Positions 41,612-50,798 of a stretch of DNA of 64,000 bases are shown in pieces. The DNA is from Candidatus Parcubacteria bacterium (GTDB taxonomy: Bacteria; Patescibacteriota; Minisyncoccia; UBA6257; HR35): contig BPJG01000001.1 in assembly GCA_026004495.1 (NCBI GenBank), positions 560,527 through 624,526 of the forward strand, read 5' to 3'. Position 1 is the stretch's first letter. Each line of letters opens with the position of its first letter. Position numbers and translations under genes: made by a program. Below the pieces are notes generated by a model that saw only the letters and a list, made by a program, of their open reading frames with translations, was not told the DNA's origin and searched no databases.

Positions 41612-41738
41612 AGTAATTTAAGTCTAAAATTAATTACTTTAATTATTTATTATATTATAACATAATTTTAAAGTTAATAAAATTAGTAATTAGTTTAGAG
41701 ACTATATTTATTTATAGAAATAAATTTTTAATTATCTA

Positions 41739-42221
41739 TTATATTTTTTGTTCTTTAACTATTGTTTTTAGATTAGCGTATAAACCATAACCTATATTAA
41801 TTGGAATTGTAAAATTACCAACCTCTCTTATTGGTTTTTCTAATTCTATTTGATATTTTTTAATATCAATATTGTTATTAATTAAAAAAGATTTAATATC
41901 ATTTTTAGTTATTGAATTATATACTTCTTTATTTTCTCCTATTTTAATATATGCTTCAAAGATTAAATTTTCTATTTTTTGTTTAATTTCTTCTATCTTT
42001 TTGATATTTTCTTGTCTATTTTTTTCAGCAATTAATTTCATATTTTCTAATTTATCAAAATTATTTTTATTAATAACCACTACCTTTCTATTCCTTAAAA
42101 GAAAAATAGCAAATCCTCGTTTAATTTTTTTTATTTCTCCTAAATTACCAATACCTTTAATATCTTCTAATAGAACTACTGGTAAATTTTTGTCTTTTTT
42201 ATATTTTTTCTTTCTGGGCAT
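41739..42221 (-). CDS. rplI: 50S ribosomal protein L9 (with a short basic N-terminal extension)
   Basis: ...VVLLEDIKGIGNLGEIKKIKRGFAIFL... matches the L9 N-domain, followed by a long helix and a C-domain. Confidence 0.75.
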   Translation of the reverse strand: MPRKKKYKKDKNLPVVLLEDIKGIGNLGEIKKIKRGFAIFLLRNRKVVVINKNNFDKLENMKLIAEKNRQENIKKIEEIKQKIENLIFEAYIKIGENKEVYNSITKNDIKSFLINNNIDIKKYQIELEKPIREVGNFTIPINIGYGLYANLKTIVKEQKI

Positions 42222-42240
42222 TATTAAAGTATAATTATTT

Positions 42241-43425
42241 TTAATATTGACTTATAATTTCTTTGGCTTTTTCTAAAATTAAGTCTAAATCTCCTTCTTT
42301 TTTATCTTCAACTTTAATGTCTGGATTCAATCCATTATTTTCTAATTTAACACCTGAAGGAGTTAGCCAATAAGCTATAGTTAATTTCAATTTATAACCT
42401 TCGCTTAAGTCAAAGATTTGCTGTACACTTCCTTTGCCAAAAGTTTTTTCACCCACTAATTTAACTCCCAAATTATCTCTTAATGCTGCAGCAAAAATTT
42501 CAGATGCAGAAGCGCTTCCTTTATTAACTAAAATAATTATCTTTTCATTTGATAAATTTCCTGGTCCTCTTGAAAATTCTAATTTTTCTTTCTTTTCTTT
42601 ACCCCATAATTCTTTTAAAATAATCTTATCTTTTGGTATAAATAATTCTGATATCTCTATAGCAGTTTGCAGAAGACCTCCAGGATTATTTCTTAAGTCT
42701 ATAATAAATTTATTTGCTCCTTTAAGTTTTAAATTATCCCAATTATATAAAAATTCATTTTTTGTTTCTTGATTAAAATTATTAATTTTTATATAGCCAA
42801 TATTTGATCCTAAAATTTTACTCTCAACAGCAGCTATTTTTATTTCTTCTCTTATTATTTCAATATCTTTCTCTTTTGTCCATGATTCTCTAAATATAGT
42901 TAAAATAACTTTTTCTTTGCATTTTCCTCTTATTTTTAACACTGCTTCTTCTATGCTCATATAAGTAGTATCTTCATTATTTATCTTTAAAATAAAATCT
43001 CCTGCCCTTAAACCATTTCTTTCTGCTGGACTATTTGACAATGGAGATATGATTGTTATGATGTTATTTCTAATTCCAATTTCTGCGCCAATACCACAAA
43101 ATTTTCCCTCTAATGTTTCTTCAAAAATTTTTGCCTGTGATGGAGTATAAATTTCAGAATAAGGATCTTTTATTGATTTAACTATTCCTCTAATTGCTTC
43201 AAATGCAGCTTCATCTGTATTAATCTTGTTTTGTTCAATATAATTTTTATTAATAGTTTGCCATACTTCTATTAGTAAGTTGTTATATTTTTTTTCAAAT
43301 TTAGGCAAACTAAAGAAGCTAGAACTATAATTTTTTTTTGAATTATTTATATTAAAAGCTAAGGCGATATTTAATGTTAAAATAAATAGAAAGAGATAAA
43401 TTTTATATTTTTTTAATTTATTCAT
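42241..43425 (-). CDS. S41-family C-terminal processing peptidase (Ctp/Prc) with a PDZ domain
   Basis: Signal peptide, a PDZ domain (GLRAGDFILKINNEDT), a catalytic Ser in GSASASEIFA, and a Lys in KTFGKGSVQ. Confidence 0.8.
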   Translation of the reverse strand: MNKLKKYKIYLFLFILTLNIALAFNINNSKKNYSSSFFSLPKFEKKYNNLLIEVWQTINKNYIEQNKINTDEAAFEAIRGIVKSIKDPYSEIYTPSQAKIFEETLEGKFCGIGAEIGIRNNIITIISPLSNSPAERNGLRAGDFILKINNEDTTYMSIEEAVLKIRGKCKEKVILTIFRESWTKEKDIEIIREEIKIAAVESKILGSNIGYIKINNFNQETKNEFLYNWDNLKLKGANKFIIDLRNNPGGLLQTAIEISELFIPKDKIILKELWGKEKKEKLEFSRGPGNLSNEKIIILVNKGSASASEIFAAALRDNLGVKLVGEKTFGKGSVQQIFDLSEGYKLKLTIAYWLTPSGVKLENNGLNPDIKVEDKKEGDLDLILEKAKEIISQY

Positions 43426-43436
43426 TTTCTGTAGGT

Positions 43437-44102
43437 ATGATTAATTTTAAAATTAATGGTCTAATTCTTAATAAAAAAAATATAAAAGAAAAATCGGCAA
43501 TTATCTCTATTTTAACACAAGAATTGGGTATAATCAAGATAAAAATTGATGGTATTAATAGGCCTGAAAGTAAATTATTATCTGTTATTCAACCTGGTTC
43601 ATTTGGCAGATTTTTTATATCTTCAGATTTAAATTCTTTTAAAATTTTATCATTTTTACCACTGAGAATTCCTTATAAAATTTTTAAAAAATTTCCTTAT
43701 ATGTACTTATTCGCCTTAAGATTTTTATCATTTTTTAATATTTACTATACTTCAGCTGATTTTTTTAAAAATATAATTAGAATAGATATTTATCTTTTAA
43801 AATATAAAAAAGTATTTTTAATTTGGTATTTAAATCTAATTTTCAAAGAATTAGGAGTTATTCCTAATTTAACTAACTGTTATAAATGTAATATATTATT
43901 AGATAAATTAATCTATATAAAAGGATCTAAGCTTTATTGCTATAGATGTAAAAAAATAAGTTATGATAAGATTGATTACCAAATTTACAAAAAAGCTCTA
44001 TTTTATTTAAATAATAATTTGATTTTTAAAATAAATGACGATAAAGTAGTTAAATTTATTAAAAAAATTTTTTTAAATCATTTAAAAGAAATTAGTTTAT
44101 AA
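43437..44102 (+). CDS. recO: DNA repair protein RecO-like (OB fold plus C-terminal Cys4 zinc motif)
   Basis: 221 aa. The N-terminal segment GLILNKKNIKEKSAIISILTQELGIIKIKIDG is OB-like. C-terminal CYKCN...CYRCKK. It pairs with recR elsewhere in the window. Confidence 0.45.
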   Translation: MINFKINGLILNKKNIKEKSAIISILTQELGIIKIKIDGINRPESKLLSVIQPGSFGRFFISSDLNSFKILSFLPLRIPYKIFKKFPYMYLFALRFLSFFNIYYTSADFFKNIIRIDIYLLKYKKVFLIWYLNLIFKELGVIPNLTNCYKCNILLDKLIYIKGSKLYCYRCKKISYDKIDYQIYKKALFYLNNNLIFKINDDKVVKFIKKIFLNHLKEISL

Positions 44103-44122
44103 ATTGGTTTATAATTTTAATA

Positions 44123-45985
44123 ATGAGTGAAGATAAATTTGATCAGGGGGAATCTTTTGAAGAAAGATTGGAAAAAGAATTATATGGTCAAATAAAATCA
44201 GAAAGGTTGGGGAAGGTAAAAAAAATTTGGGGTAAAAAAATTAAAGAATCTAAATCAACAGAGGATTGGCAAGATTATTTAGACAATTCTAATGTATTTG
44301 GTTTTTTTAATTTTAATTTAAAAAAAATTTTCATAATATCATTCTTATTATTTATAATTAGCTTGGGAATATTTTCAATTATTTTTTATTATCGAACTAT
44401 TAATCTAAAAGGTATAGATATTAATGTTATTGGTCCAGAAGATGTTAATAGTTTCCAGGTTTATGAATATACGATAAATGTTTCTAATAATAGTAAATTA
44501 GATATAGAAAATGTGCGTTTATCAATTAATTTAAGTGAAGGAATTTATTTTTATGATGATTTAGATCAAAATAGCTTAACCTATAATCTTGATAAAATTT
44601 CATCTAAGAGTAGTGAGGAACTAAAAATTAAACTATTTTTTTTAGGTAATATAGGTAAGGGTTTAAATTTCAATGTTAATATTTATTATAAGCCGAGCGG
44701 TAAAAATCAAGAATTTAACATTTCTAAAAATTTTTTAACTACAGTTAAGAAAGAAGCATTTTCATTGCAAATTTTTTCTCCTAATAAAATTTTTTTAAAT
44801 GAACCATTTGTAATATCTCTAAAATTTACAAATTCATCTGATATTACTTATAATTTAAATTTATTTTTAGAAAATAATCCTGACTTAGAAATATTATCAA
44901 TAAATCCAGCGCCCGAAGTAGGTCTTACTACCTGGAATTTTAATGAATTAAAACCTAATGATTCAGGAGAAATTAATATTACAGCTAAATTTACAAACTT
45001 AGTTGAAAAACCAGTTATTTCCTTTCAGCCTAAAATAATTTATAAAAATAAGGTTTTTTTCATAAAAAATTATAATTTAACTCTTAATATCTTAGAAACA
45101 CCAATAAGATTAGAAATAGTTTCTGATCCTTCAGATTATATTGTTAATTTAAATAAATTTATTACTTATGAGATTAAATGGGAAAATAAAAGTAAGGTAT
45201 CTTTACAAAATATTAAAGTTAAAGTATATTTAACTGGTGCTTTTGATTTTGAATCTATAGATACTGATGGTTATTATTCTCCTATCGAAAAATCAATTAT
45301 ATGGAATAGCGTAAATAAACCTCAATTAGCTTCGATTAATCCAGGCAATAAGGATTCAATTAAATTCTCGATAAAAACGATTGATAAATATCCACCAGGA
45401 AGCAAAGATTTAAATTTGAGAGTTGAAGCAATCTTAGAAACAGAAACAATACCTCCGGAGATTCAAATTTTAACTAAAAAATTATCAATTGAAACACAGG
45501 AATCAAAAGTTATTGCTGGTAATTTTAAATTTAATGTCAAAGTTTTATATGATAATCAATTTAATAATAGTGGTTCATTTCCTTTAGTAAATGGAAAAAA
45601 AACAACCCTATCTACTTATTTTGAAATTTGTACTTATGGAGAAGATTTTCAGAATTTTATTATTACAGGCAAAATTCCTCTTGGCATAAGCCTTACGGGT
45701 AATTTTGATTTTAATTTTGATGTTAATAAATTACAATTCAATTCTGAAACAGGAGATTTTTATTATAAAATAGATGAATTGTCAGCTGGTTATTGTGATA
45801 TTTATCCAGATTATAAATTAGCATTCCAAATTGAAGTTTTGCCTCCTTTATATGGTAATATTAATGATTTTATTATTATTCCTCCCTTAAAAATAAATGC
45901 TCAAGGGAAATTTTCTCAAAAGGTATTTGAATTAACAACTCAACCAATTAACGGTTATAAAATTAATTACCAAAATTTTAGATAA
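44123..45985 (+). CDS. type II membrane-anchored surface protein with about 4-5 Ig-like DUF11/CARDB-type repeats
   Basis: Cytoplasmic N-terminus of about 65 aa, one TM helix, then repeated beta-rich modules with recurring patterns (V..Y.Y.I.V.N.S......V.L). Asn/Ser-rich. Confidence 0.5.
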   Translation: MSEDKFDQGESFEERLEKELYGQIKSERLGKVKKIWGKKIKESKSTEDWQDYLDNSNVFGFFNFNLKKIFIISFLLFIISLGIFSIIFYYRTINLKGIDINVIGPEDVNSFQVYEYTINVSNNSKLDIENVRLSINLSEGIYFYDDLDQNSLTYNLDKISSKSSEELKIKLFFLGNIGKGLNFNVNIYYKPSGKNQEFNISKNFLTTVKKEAFSLQIFSPNKIFLNEPFVISLKFTNSSDITYNLNLFLENNPDLEILSINPAPEVGLTTWNFNELKPNDSGEINITAKFTNLVEKPVISFQPKIIYKNKVFFIKNYNLTLNILETPIRLEIVSDPSDYIVNLNKFITYEIKWENKSKVSLQNIKVKVYLTGAFDFESIDTDGYYSPIEKSIIWNSVNKPQLASINPGNKDSIKFSIKTIDKYPPGSKDLNLRVEAILETETIPPEIQILTKKLSIETQESKVIAGNFKFNVKVLYDNQFNNSGSFPLVNGKKTTLSTYFEICTYGEDFQNFIITGKIPLGISLTGNFDFNFDVNKLQFNSETGDFYYKIDELSAGYCDIYPDYKLAFQIEVLPPLYGNINDFIIIPPLKINAQGKFSQKVFELTTQPINGYKINYQNFR

Positions 45986-45989
45986 AAAA

Positions 45990-47330
45990 ATGAAAAAAAT
46001 TGAGGATATTATCAATTTAATGATAAGAAGAGGTTTTGTTTTTCAATCTTATGAAATATATAGTGGCCTAAAAGGATTTTATGATTTTGGCCACTTGGGA
46101 GTATTATTAAAAAATAATATTAAAAATTTGTGGCTAAAATTTATCTTAAAAGAAGATAATATTTTTTTATTAGAAACTCCTATTATTACTAAAAGTGAAG
46201 TTTTTAAAGCTTCTGGTCATTTAGAAAATTTTTATGATTTATTAGTTGAATGTAAATCTTGCCATAATCGTTTTCGCTATGATGTTTATTTAAAGGGTGA
46301 TTATGGAAAGGTGAAAAAGAATAATGAAAAATTTTTTTGCCCTTTATGTAATGGAGAATTAACAGAACCTAAAAAATTTAATTTAATGTTTAAAACCTAT
46401 GTAGGTCCTACGGAGGAATCAAGCACTCAAGCATTTTTAAGACCTGAAACAGCTCAAGGTATTTTTGTAAATTTTGATAATTATACAAAGATTTACCGAA
46501 CTAAATTACCATTTGGAATTGCTCAAATTGGTAAAGCTTTTCGTAATGAAATTACTCCCAAAAATTTTATATTTAGAATTAAAGAATTTGAACAAATGGA
46601 ATTAGAATATTTTATTGATCCTAATGATAAAATTGATTGGCTTTCATATTGGTTAGATAAAAGTATGAATTGGTATATAAATATTTTAGGTTTTAAAAAA
46701 GATAATTTAATAATTTATGAACAACCACAAAAAGAATTAGCTCATTATTCAAAAAAAACTTTAGATGTTTATTATAAATTTCCATTTGGAGAAGATGAAA
46801 TTCAAGGTATTGCTAATAGAGGTGATTATGATTTGAACTCTCATCTAAAATTTTCTGGAAAAGATTTACGTTATTTTAATGACAAAACTAAACAGAAAGT
46901 TATTCCTTATGTTATTGAACCCTCTTGGGGAGTTGAAAGAATATTATTAGCTTTAATTTGCGATGCCTATGATGAAGATGAAATAAATAATGAAAAAAGA
47001 ATTGTTTTAAGGTTATCACCTAATGTTGCTCCAATTAAAATTGCTGTCTTTCCTTTGCTTTCTAACAAAGAGGGATTAATTAATAAAGCTAAAGAGGTAT
47101 TCGATCATTTAAAAGAATATTATCTAGAAATAATTTATGATGAAAATGGTTCTATTGGCAAAAGATATCGTCGCCAGGATGAGATTGGAACTCCCTTTTG
47201 TCTTACTATTGATTTCCAATCGTTAGAAGATAATACTTTTACCATTCGCAATAGAGATACTCTTCAACAAGAAAGAGTTCATTTCAATGAGTTATTAAAT
47301 TATTTTAAAGAAAAAATTAAAAAATTTTAA
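45990..47330 (+). CDS. glyQS: glycyl-tRNA synthetase, dimeric class II (glyQS type)
   Basis: ...GLKGFYDFGHLGVLLKNNIKNLW..., FRNEITP, GIANRGDYDL. 446 aa. Confidence 0.85.
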   Translation: MKKIEDIINLMIRRGFVFQSYEIYSGLKGFYDFGHLGVLLKNNIKNLWLKFILKEDNIFLLETPIITKSEVFKASGHLENFYDLLVECKSCHNRFRYDVYLKGDYGKVKKNNEKFFCPLCNGELTEPKKFNLMFKTYVGPTEESSTQAFLRPETAQGIFVNFDNYTKIYRTKLPFGIAQIGKAFRNEITPKNFIFRIKEFEQMELEYFIDPNDKIDWLSYWLDKSMNWYINILGFKKDNLIIYEQPQKELAHYSKKTLDVYYKFPFGEDEIQGIANRGDYDLNSHLKFSGKDLRYFNDKTKQKVIPYVIEPSWGVERILLALICDAYDEDEINNEKRIVLRLSPNVAPIKIAVFPLLSNKEGLINKAKEVFDHLKEYYLEIIYDENGSIGKRYRRQDEIGTPFCLTIDFQSLEDNTFTIRNRDTLQQERVHFNELLNYFKEKIKKF

Positions 47331-47343
47331 ATTATTTAAAATA

Positions 47344-48204
47344 ATGAAACTTAAAATTTTATTAATTTTATTATTATTTCCTTTTATATCACTTGCTCAA
47401 AACCCTCTTGATTTTGTAAGTACTTATTGTGATATTAATGATCCTGAGCTTGCTATAAGTTACTGTCTTCAGGGCTTATATAATTTAGGTGTTGCTTTAG
47501 CTGTAATGTTGGCTTTTTTTATGTTTCTTTTTGGTGCTTTTAAAAATTTATTAAGTGTTGTGCCTGATGTTAAGATGGAGGGTAAAAGTATGATGCGAAA
47601 CTCTATTATTGGTTTAGTTGTTATTTTTGTTTCAGGATCTATTCTTTATTGGATTAATCCTTTTATTTTTGATCCTCGAATTGTTGTTTATAGAATAACT
47701 ACTGATATTGATCATCAAGAAAAATGGACTGATAATGATGTTGCTAATATTGGTTATAATTCTTCTAATTATCAAGCCCCTGGTAAAACTGGTAAAATAG
47801 TTAAAATTAAACCATATTCAAATATTAGATTATCGAATAATGATGAATATCAAGGACAAACGGGTGAATTTGCTAACGAATGCGTTCTTCCTTTTTTAGA
47901 AAAATTAAATGAAAATTTAAAAAAATATGATGTTAAAGTAACATTAACAGATGGATTTTCTGTTGGCGATCATGAAAGTGAAGCACATATAAAATATGGA
48001 ACAGCAGTAGATATTGTTCCTTTATTTAATAGAAAAGAATATTGGGAAAAAGTATGCAAGGCTGCTATTGAAACAGGAATGGTAAAAAAAATTTTTTATG
48101 AAGCAGGTAGCTGGGAAAATTTAAATTGTGGTAATGTAATTCTTCAGAGATATTATTTTAATAAAACAACCGGCGGTCATTTTCATATTGAAACATGTAA
48201 ATAA
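47344..48204 (+). CDS. pilin-like (signal peptide, Cys pair, two TM helices) N-terminal module fused to a putative peptidase-M15/VanY-like zinc D,D-peptidase domain
   Basis: The N-terminus MKLKILLILLLFPFISLAQNPLDFVSTYCDINDPELAISYCL plus 2 TM helices parallels the 10319 and 10696 genes. The C-terminus carries HESEAHIKYGTAVDI (H...D) and GGHFHIE (HxH), which resemble M15 zinc ligands. Confidence 0.4.
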   Translation: MKLKILLILLLFPFISLAQNPLDFVSTYCDINDPELAISYCLQGLYNLGVALAVMLAFFMFLFGAFKNLLSVVPDVKMEGKSMMRNSIIGLVVIFVSGSILYWINPFIFDPRIVVYRITTDIDHQEKWTDNDVANIGYNSSNYQAPGKTGKIVKIKPYSNIRLSNNDEYQGQTGEFANECVLPFLEKLNENLKKYDVKVTLTDGFSVGDHESEAHIKYGTAVDIVPLFNRKEYWEKVCKAAIETGMVKKIFYEAGSWENLNCGNVILQRYYFNKTTGGHFHIETCK

Positions 48205-48205
48205 A

Positions 48206-48349
48206 TTATCTACTTATCATTGCTATTATTAAAAAGGCAAAGCCGGCAATTATAAAAATAATTGCCCAATGAGTGTTACCTTCTTTTTGTTCTTGCCACG
48301 CCAAATAAAGAAAAAATAAAAATATTGATATTAAGAGTAAAAATCCCAT
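48206..48349 (-). CDS. possible 47-aa two-TM small membrane protein
   Basis: The ATG-to-TAA ORF encodes MGFLLLISIFLFFLYLAWQEQKEGNTHWAIIFIIAGFAFLIIAMISR. It is not in the track because it is under 60 aa, and it could be a chance ORF. Confidence 0.25.
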   Translation of the reverse strand: MGFLLLISIFLFFLYLAWQEQKEGNTHWAIIFIIAGFAFLIIAMISR

Positions 48350-48373
48350 TTTATAATAATTATAATCTAAATA

Positions 48374-48802
48374 ATGAAAATTTTAATTCAAAAAGTTAAA
48401 TTTGCTAAATGTTTTATTAATAAACAATTGATTGGAGAAATAAATAATGGTTATTTGATTTATATAGGCATTGAAGAAAAAGATGAAAGTAGAGAAGAAG
48501 AGATTATTGAGCAACTATTAAAAATTAAATTTATTGATGAGGAAAATAAATTTAAAAAATCTTTATTAGAAATAAAACCAGAAATAATGTTAATCCCTAA
48601 TATTACTTTAGTTAGCAATATTGAAACAAATAAGCCAGAATTTAAAAATAGTCCTTCTAGAAAAATGGCAGAGAGAATTTATTATAGGGTTTTAAAAATA
48701 TTACAAAATAAAAATTTTTTTATTAAAAATGGTATTTTTGGAGAAAATATGATAATCGAATCTCAAAATATTGGACCCATTAATTTTATTTTAGATATTT
48801 AA
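48374..48802 (+). CDS. dtd: D-aminoacyl-tRNA deacylase
   Basis: MKILIQKVKFAKCFINKQLIGEINNGYLIYIGIEEKDE... aligns with the DTD start MRAVIQRV....GEIG.GLLVLLGV. NKPEFKNSPSRKMAERIY aligns with GNRPSFSKAA...A..LY. Confidence 0.6.
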   Translation: MKILIQKVKFAKCFINKQLIGEINNGYLIYIGIEEKDESREEEIIEQLLKIKFIDEENKFKKSLLEIKPEIMLIPNITLVSNIETNKPEFKNSPSRKMAERIYYRVLKILQNKNFFIKNGIFGENMIIESQNIGPINFILDI

Positions 48803-49189
48803 ATTTTTAAATAAAAAATTTTAGTCATTTTTAAAATTTATAAAATTTTATATTTTAATCTTTTAAATAAATTTTTAGAGAAAAGCAAGCTAAAGGTGTA
48901 TTAAACAAAAAATAAATAATTTCTTATTTTTAAAATATATTATTATTAAAGTAATGTTACTTAACAAGCGATTTTAATTTTTTAATAATTTTATAAAGCT
49001 TGGATTATTTTTTTATATTGATTAATCTTTGAATTTAAATAACAGCAAGACTTATATTAATATATTTGTTTTATCTATTATTATTTTATTTAAATTAAAT
49101 TATATTTATTTAAATTATATTTATTTAAACCTAAATAGTTAATTATAAAAATAATATTTTAATTAATATAATTTAATATATTTATATAT

Positions 49190-49272
49190 CGGAGAGGGTG
49201 GGACTCGAACCCACAAGCCCTTGCGGGCACCGGTTTTCAAGACCGGCGCATTAGCCATTCTGCCACCTCTCC
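49190..49272 (-). tRNA. tRNA-Ser (anticodon UGA), long variable arm
   Basis: The reverse complement reads GGAGAGGUGGCAGAAUGGCUAAUGCGCCGGUCUUGAAAACCGGU...GGGUUCGAGUCCCACCCUCUCCG, with anticodon loop CUUGAAA. Confidence 0.85.
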
Positions 49273-49293
49273 TAACATTTAATTTATTTATTG

Positions 49294-49381
49294 CGGAGAG
49301 GGTGGGACTCGAACCCACAAGTCCGCTTTTAGGCGGACAGGTCTTAGCAGGACCTTGCCTTAACCATTCGGCCACCTCTCC
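49294..49381 (-). tRNA. tRNA-Ser (anticodon GCU), long variable arm
   Basis: The reverse complement reads GGAGAGGUGGCCGAAUGGUUAAGGCAAGGUCCUGCUAAGACCU...GGGUUCGAGUCCCACCCUCUCCG, with anticodon loop CUGCUAA. Confidence 0.85.
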
Positions 49382-49423
49382 CTATATTTAATTTTATATT
49401 TTAATTAATTTATTAATTTTTAT

Positions 49424-49496
49424 AGCCAGGGACGGGATTTGAACCCGCGACCTCCGCATTACCAGAGCGGTGCTCTAACCACTGAGCTACCCTGGC
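49424..49496 (-). tRNA. tRNA-Thr (anticodon GGU)
   Basis: The reverse complement reads GCCAGGGUAGCUCAGUGGUUAGAGCACCGCUCUGGUAAUGCGGAGGUCGCGGGUUCAAAUCCCGUCCCUGGCU, with anticodon loop CUGGUAA. Confidence 0.85.
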
Positions 49497-49520
49497 AATA
49501 TTTTATTAATTTATTTTAAT

Positions 49521-49604
49521 TCCAGGGGGCAGGATTCGAACCTGCGCAGCCACAAGGGCGCCTGGTTTACAGCCAGGTGCAATTGACCACTCTGCCACCC
49601 CTGG
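49521..49604 (-). tRNA. tRNA-Tyr (anticodon GUA), bacterial long-variable-arm type
   Basis: The reverse complement has acceptor CCAGGGG/CCCCUGG, anticodon stem CCUGG/CCAGG with loop CUGUAAA, and T-arm GCAGGUUCGAAUCCUGC. Confidence 0.8.
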
Positions 49605-49629
49605 TTTTAAATAAATATTAATATCTATT

Positions 49630-49715
49630 TGCCCGGGGTGGGAGTCGAACCCACACGGCCTATAAAGGCCATTGGGTTTTAAGCCCAACGCGTCTGCCAA
49701 TTCCGCCACCCGGGC
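49630..49715 (-). tRNA. tRNA-Leu (anticodon UAA)
   Basis: The reverse complement reads GCCCGGGUGGCGGAAUUGGCAGACGCGUUGGGCUUAAAACCCAAUGGCCUUUAUAGGCCGUGUGGGUUCGACUCCCACCCCGGGCA. Confidence 0.85.
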
Positions 49716-49747
49716 TTTTTATGATAATTTTATTTTAAAATAATTAT

Positions 49748-50107
49748 ATGAAAAATAAAAACATTTTTCAAAGTTTTAAATGTGCATTTGAAGGATTAAT
49801 ATACGTTTTTAATAATCATAAACATTTTAAAATAGAACTATCAATAGGAATTTTAGTTATAATTTTCTTTCTTTATAATTCAATTTCTTTGATTGAATGG
49901 TTATTTATTATTTTAAGTATTTTTTTAGTTATTTTCAGTGAAATATTAAACACATCAATTGAAGAAACTTCTAATATTATTAAACAAGAATTTGATCTTA
50001 AAATTAAAATAGTAAAAGATTTGAGTGGTGCTTTAGTTTTAATTTCAATTATATTTAGCCTAATTGTATTTATTTTAATTTTTATTAAAAAATTTATTTT
50101 TATTTAA
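49748..50107 (+). CDS. dgkA: diacylglycerol/undecaprenol kinase DgkA
   Basis: 119 aa with 3 TM segments. FKCAFEGLIYVFNNHKHFKIE matches the DgkA N-terminal amphipathic region, EILNTSIEET matches the EILNSAIE motif, and DLSGALVLISII matches the DMGSAAVLIAII motif. Confidence 0.65.
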   Translation: MKNKNIFQSFKCAFEGLIYVFNNHKHFKIELSIGILVIIFFLYNSISLIEWLFIILSIFLVIFSEILNTSIEETSNIIKQEFDLKIKIVKDLSGALVLISIIFSLIVFILIFIKKFIFI

Positions 50108-50117
50108 AAATATTTTA

Positions 50118-50705
50118 ATGATAAACCCTTTATTCAAAAAAATTGTAGAAATTTTTGATAGCTTTCCGGATATTGGACCTCGTCAATCGTGGAGATTGTT
50201 ATTTTGGTTTGTTAAACAAGAGGTTAAATTTAAAAATAAATTTTTAAGCTATTTTCAGTTATTAATAGAAAAGTTAAATTTTTGCCAAAAATGCTTTATG
50301 CCTACAATTGAAGAAAATATTTGCTCTATTTGTTCTGATCCTGATAGAAATAAATCTAAATTATGTATAGTGGCAAGAGAAACAGATTTAATTACTATTG
50401 AAAATTTAAAAAAATATCGAGGTTTATATTTTGTTTTGGGTGGTTTAATTTTACCATTTGAAAATAAAAATATTATTAAAGAAAGGATGAAAATATTAGA
50501 AGATAGATTAATTAATGATAGGCAGATTAAAGAAATAATATTAGCCTTGCCTTTTACTAAAGAAGCTGAACCAACAAAAAAAGACTTAATAAAATTGATA
50601 TCTAAATTTAATTTAAAATTTAAAATTCCTCGAAGAGGTATTCCAACTGGTGGAGAAATAGAATTTATTGATCCCGAAACACTAAAAGAAGCTCTCGAAT
50701 TATAG
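50118..50705 (+). CDS. recR: recombination protein RecR
   Basis: N-terminal HhH (FPDIGPRQSWRLLFWFV), a C4 zinc finger (CQKC...CSIC), and a Toprim domain (LCIVARETDLITIE...GLYFVLGG). Confidence 0.75.
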   Translation: MINPLFKKIVEIFDSFPDIGPRQSWRLLFWFVKQEVKFKNKFLSYFQLLIEKLNFCQKCFMPTIEENICSICSDPDRNKSKLCIVARETDLITIENLKKYRGLYFVLGGLILPFENKNIIKERMKILEDRLINDRQIKEIILALPFTKEAEPTKKDLIKLISKFNLKFKIPRRGIPTGGEIEFIDPETLKEALEL

Positions 50706-50798
50706 AATAAAAATTTAAAATAACTTATTTTATAATAGAATTTTTATTTATATTTTTATGATATATAATATTTTTTATTTTATTAATCTTTAAACCAA

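Noticed and set aside
49163-49709. Track ORFs 49163-49375 and 49506-49709 on the minus strand
   Set aside because: They are translations through the tRNA-Ser/Ser and tRNA-Tyr/Leu genes. The GC-rich tRNA sequence creates spurious open frames.
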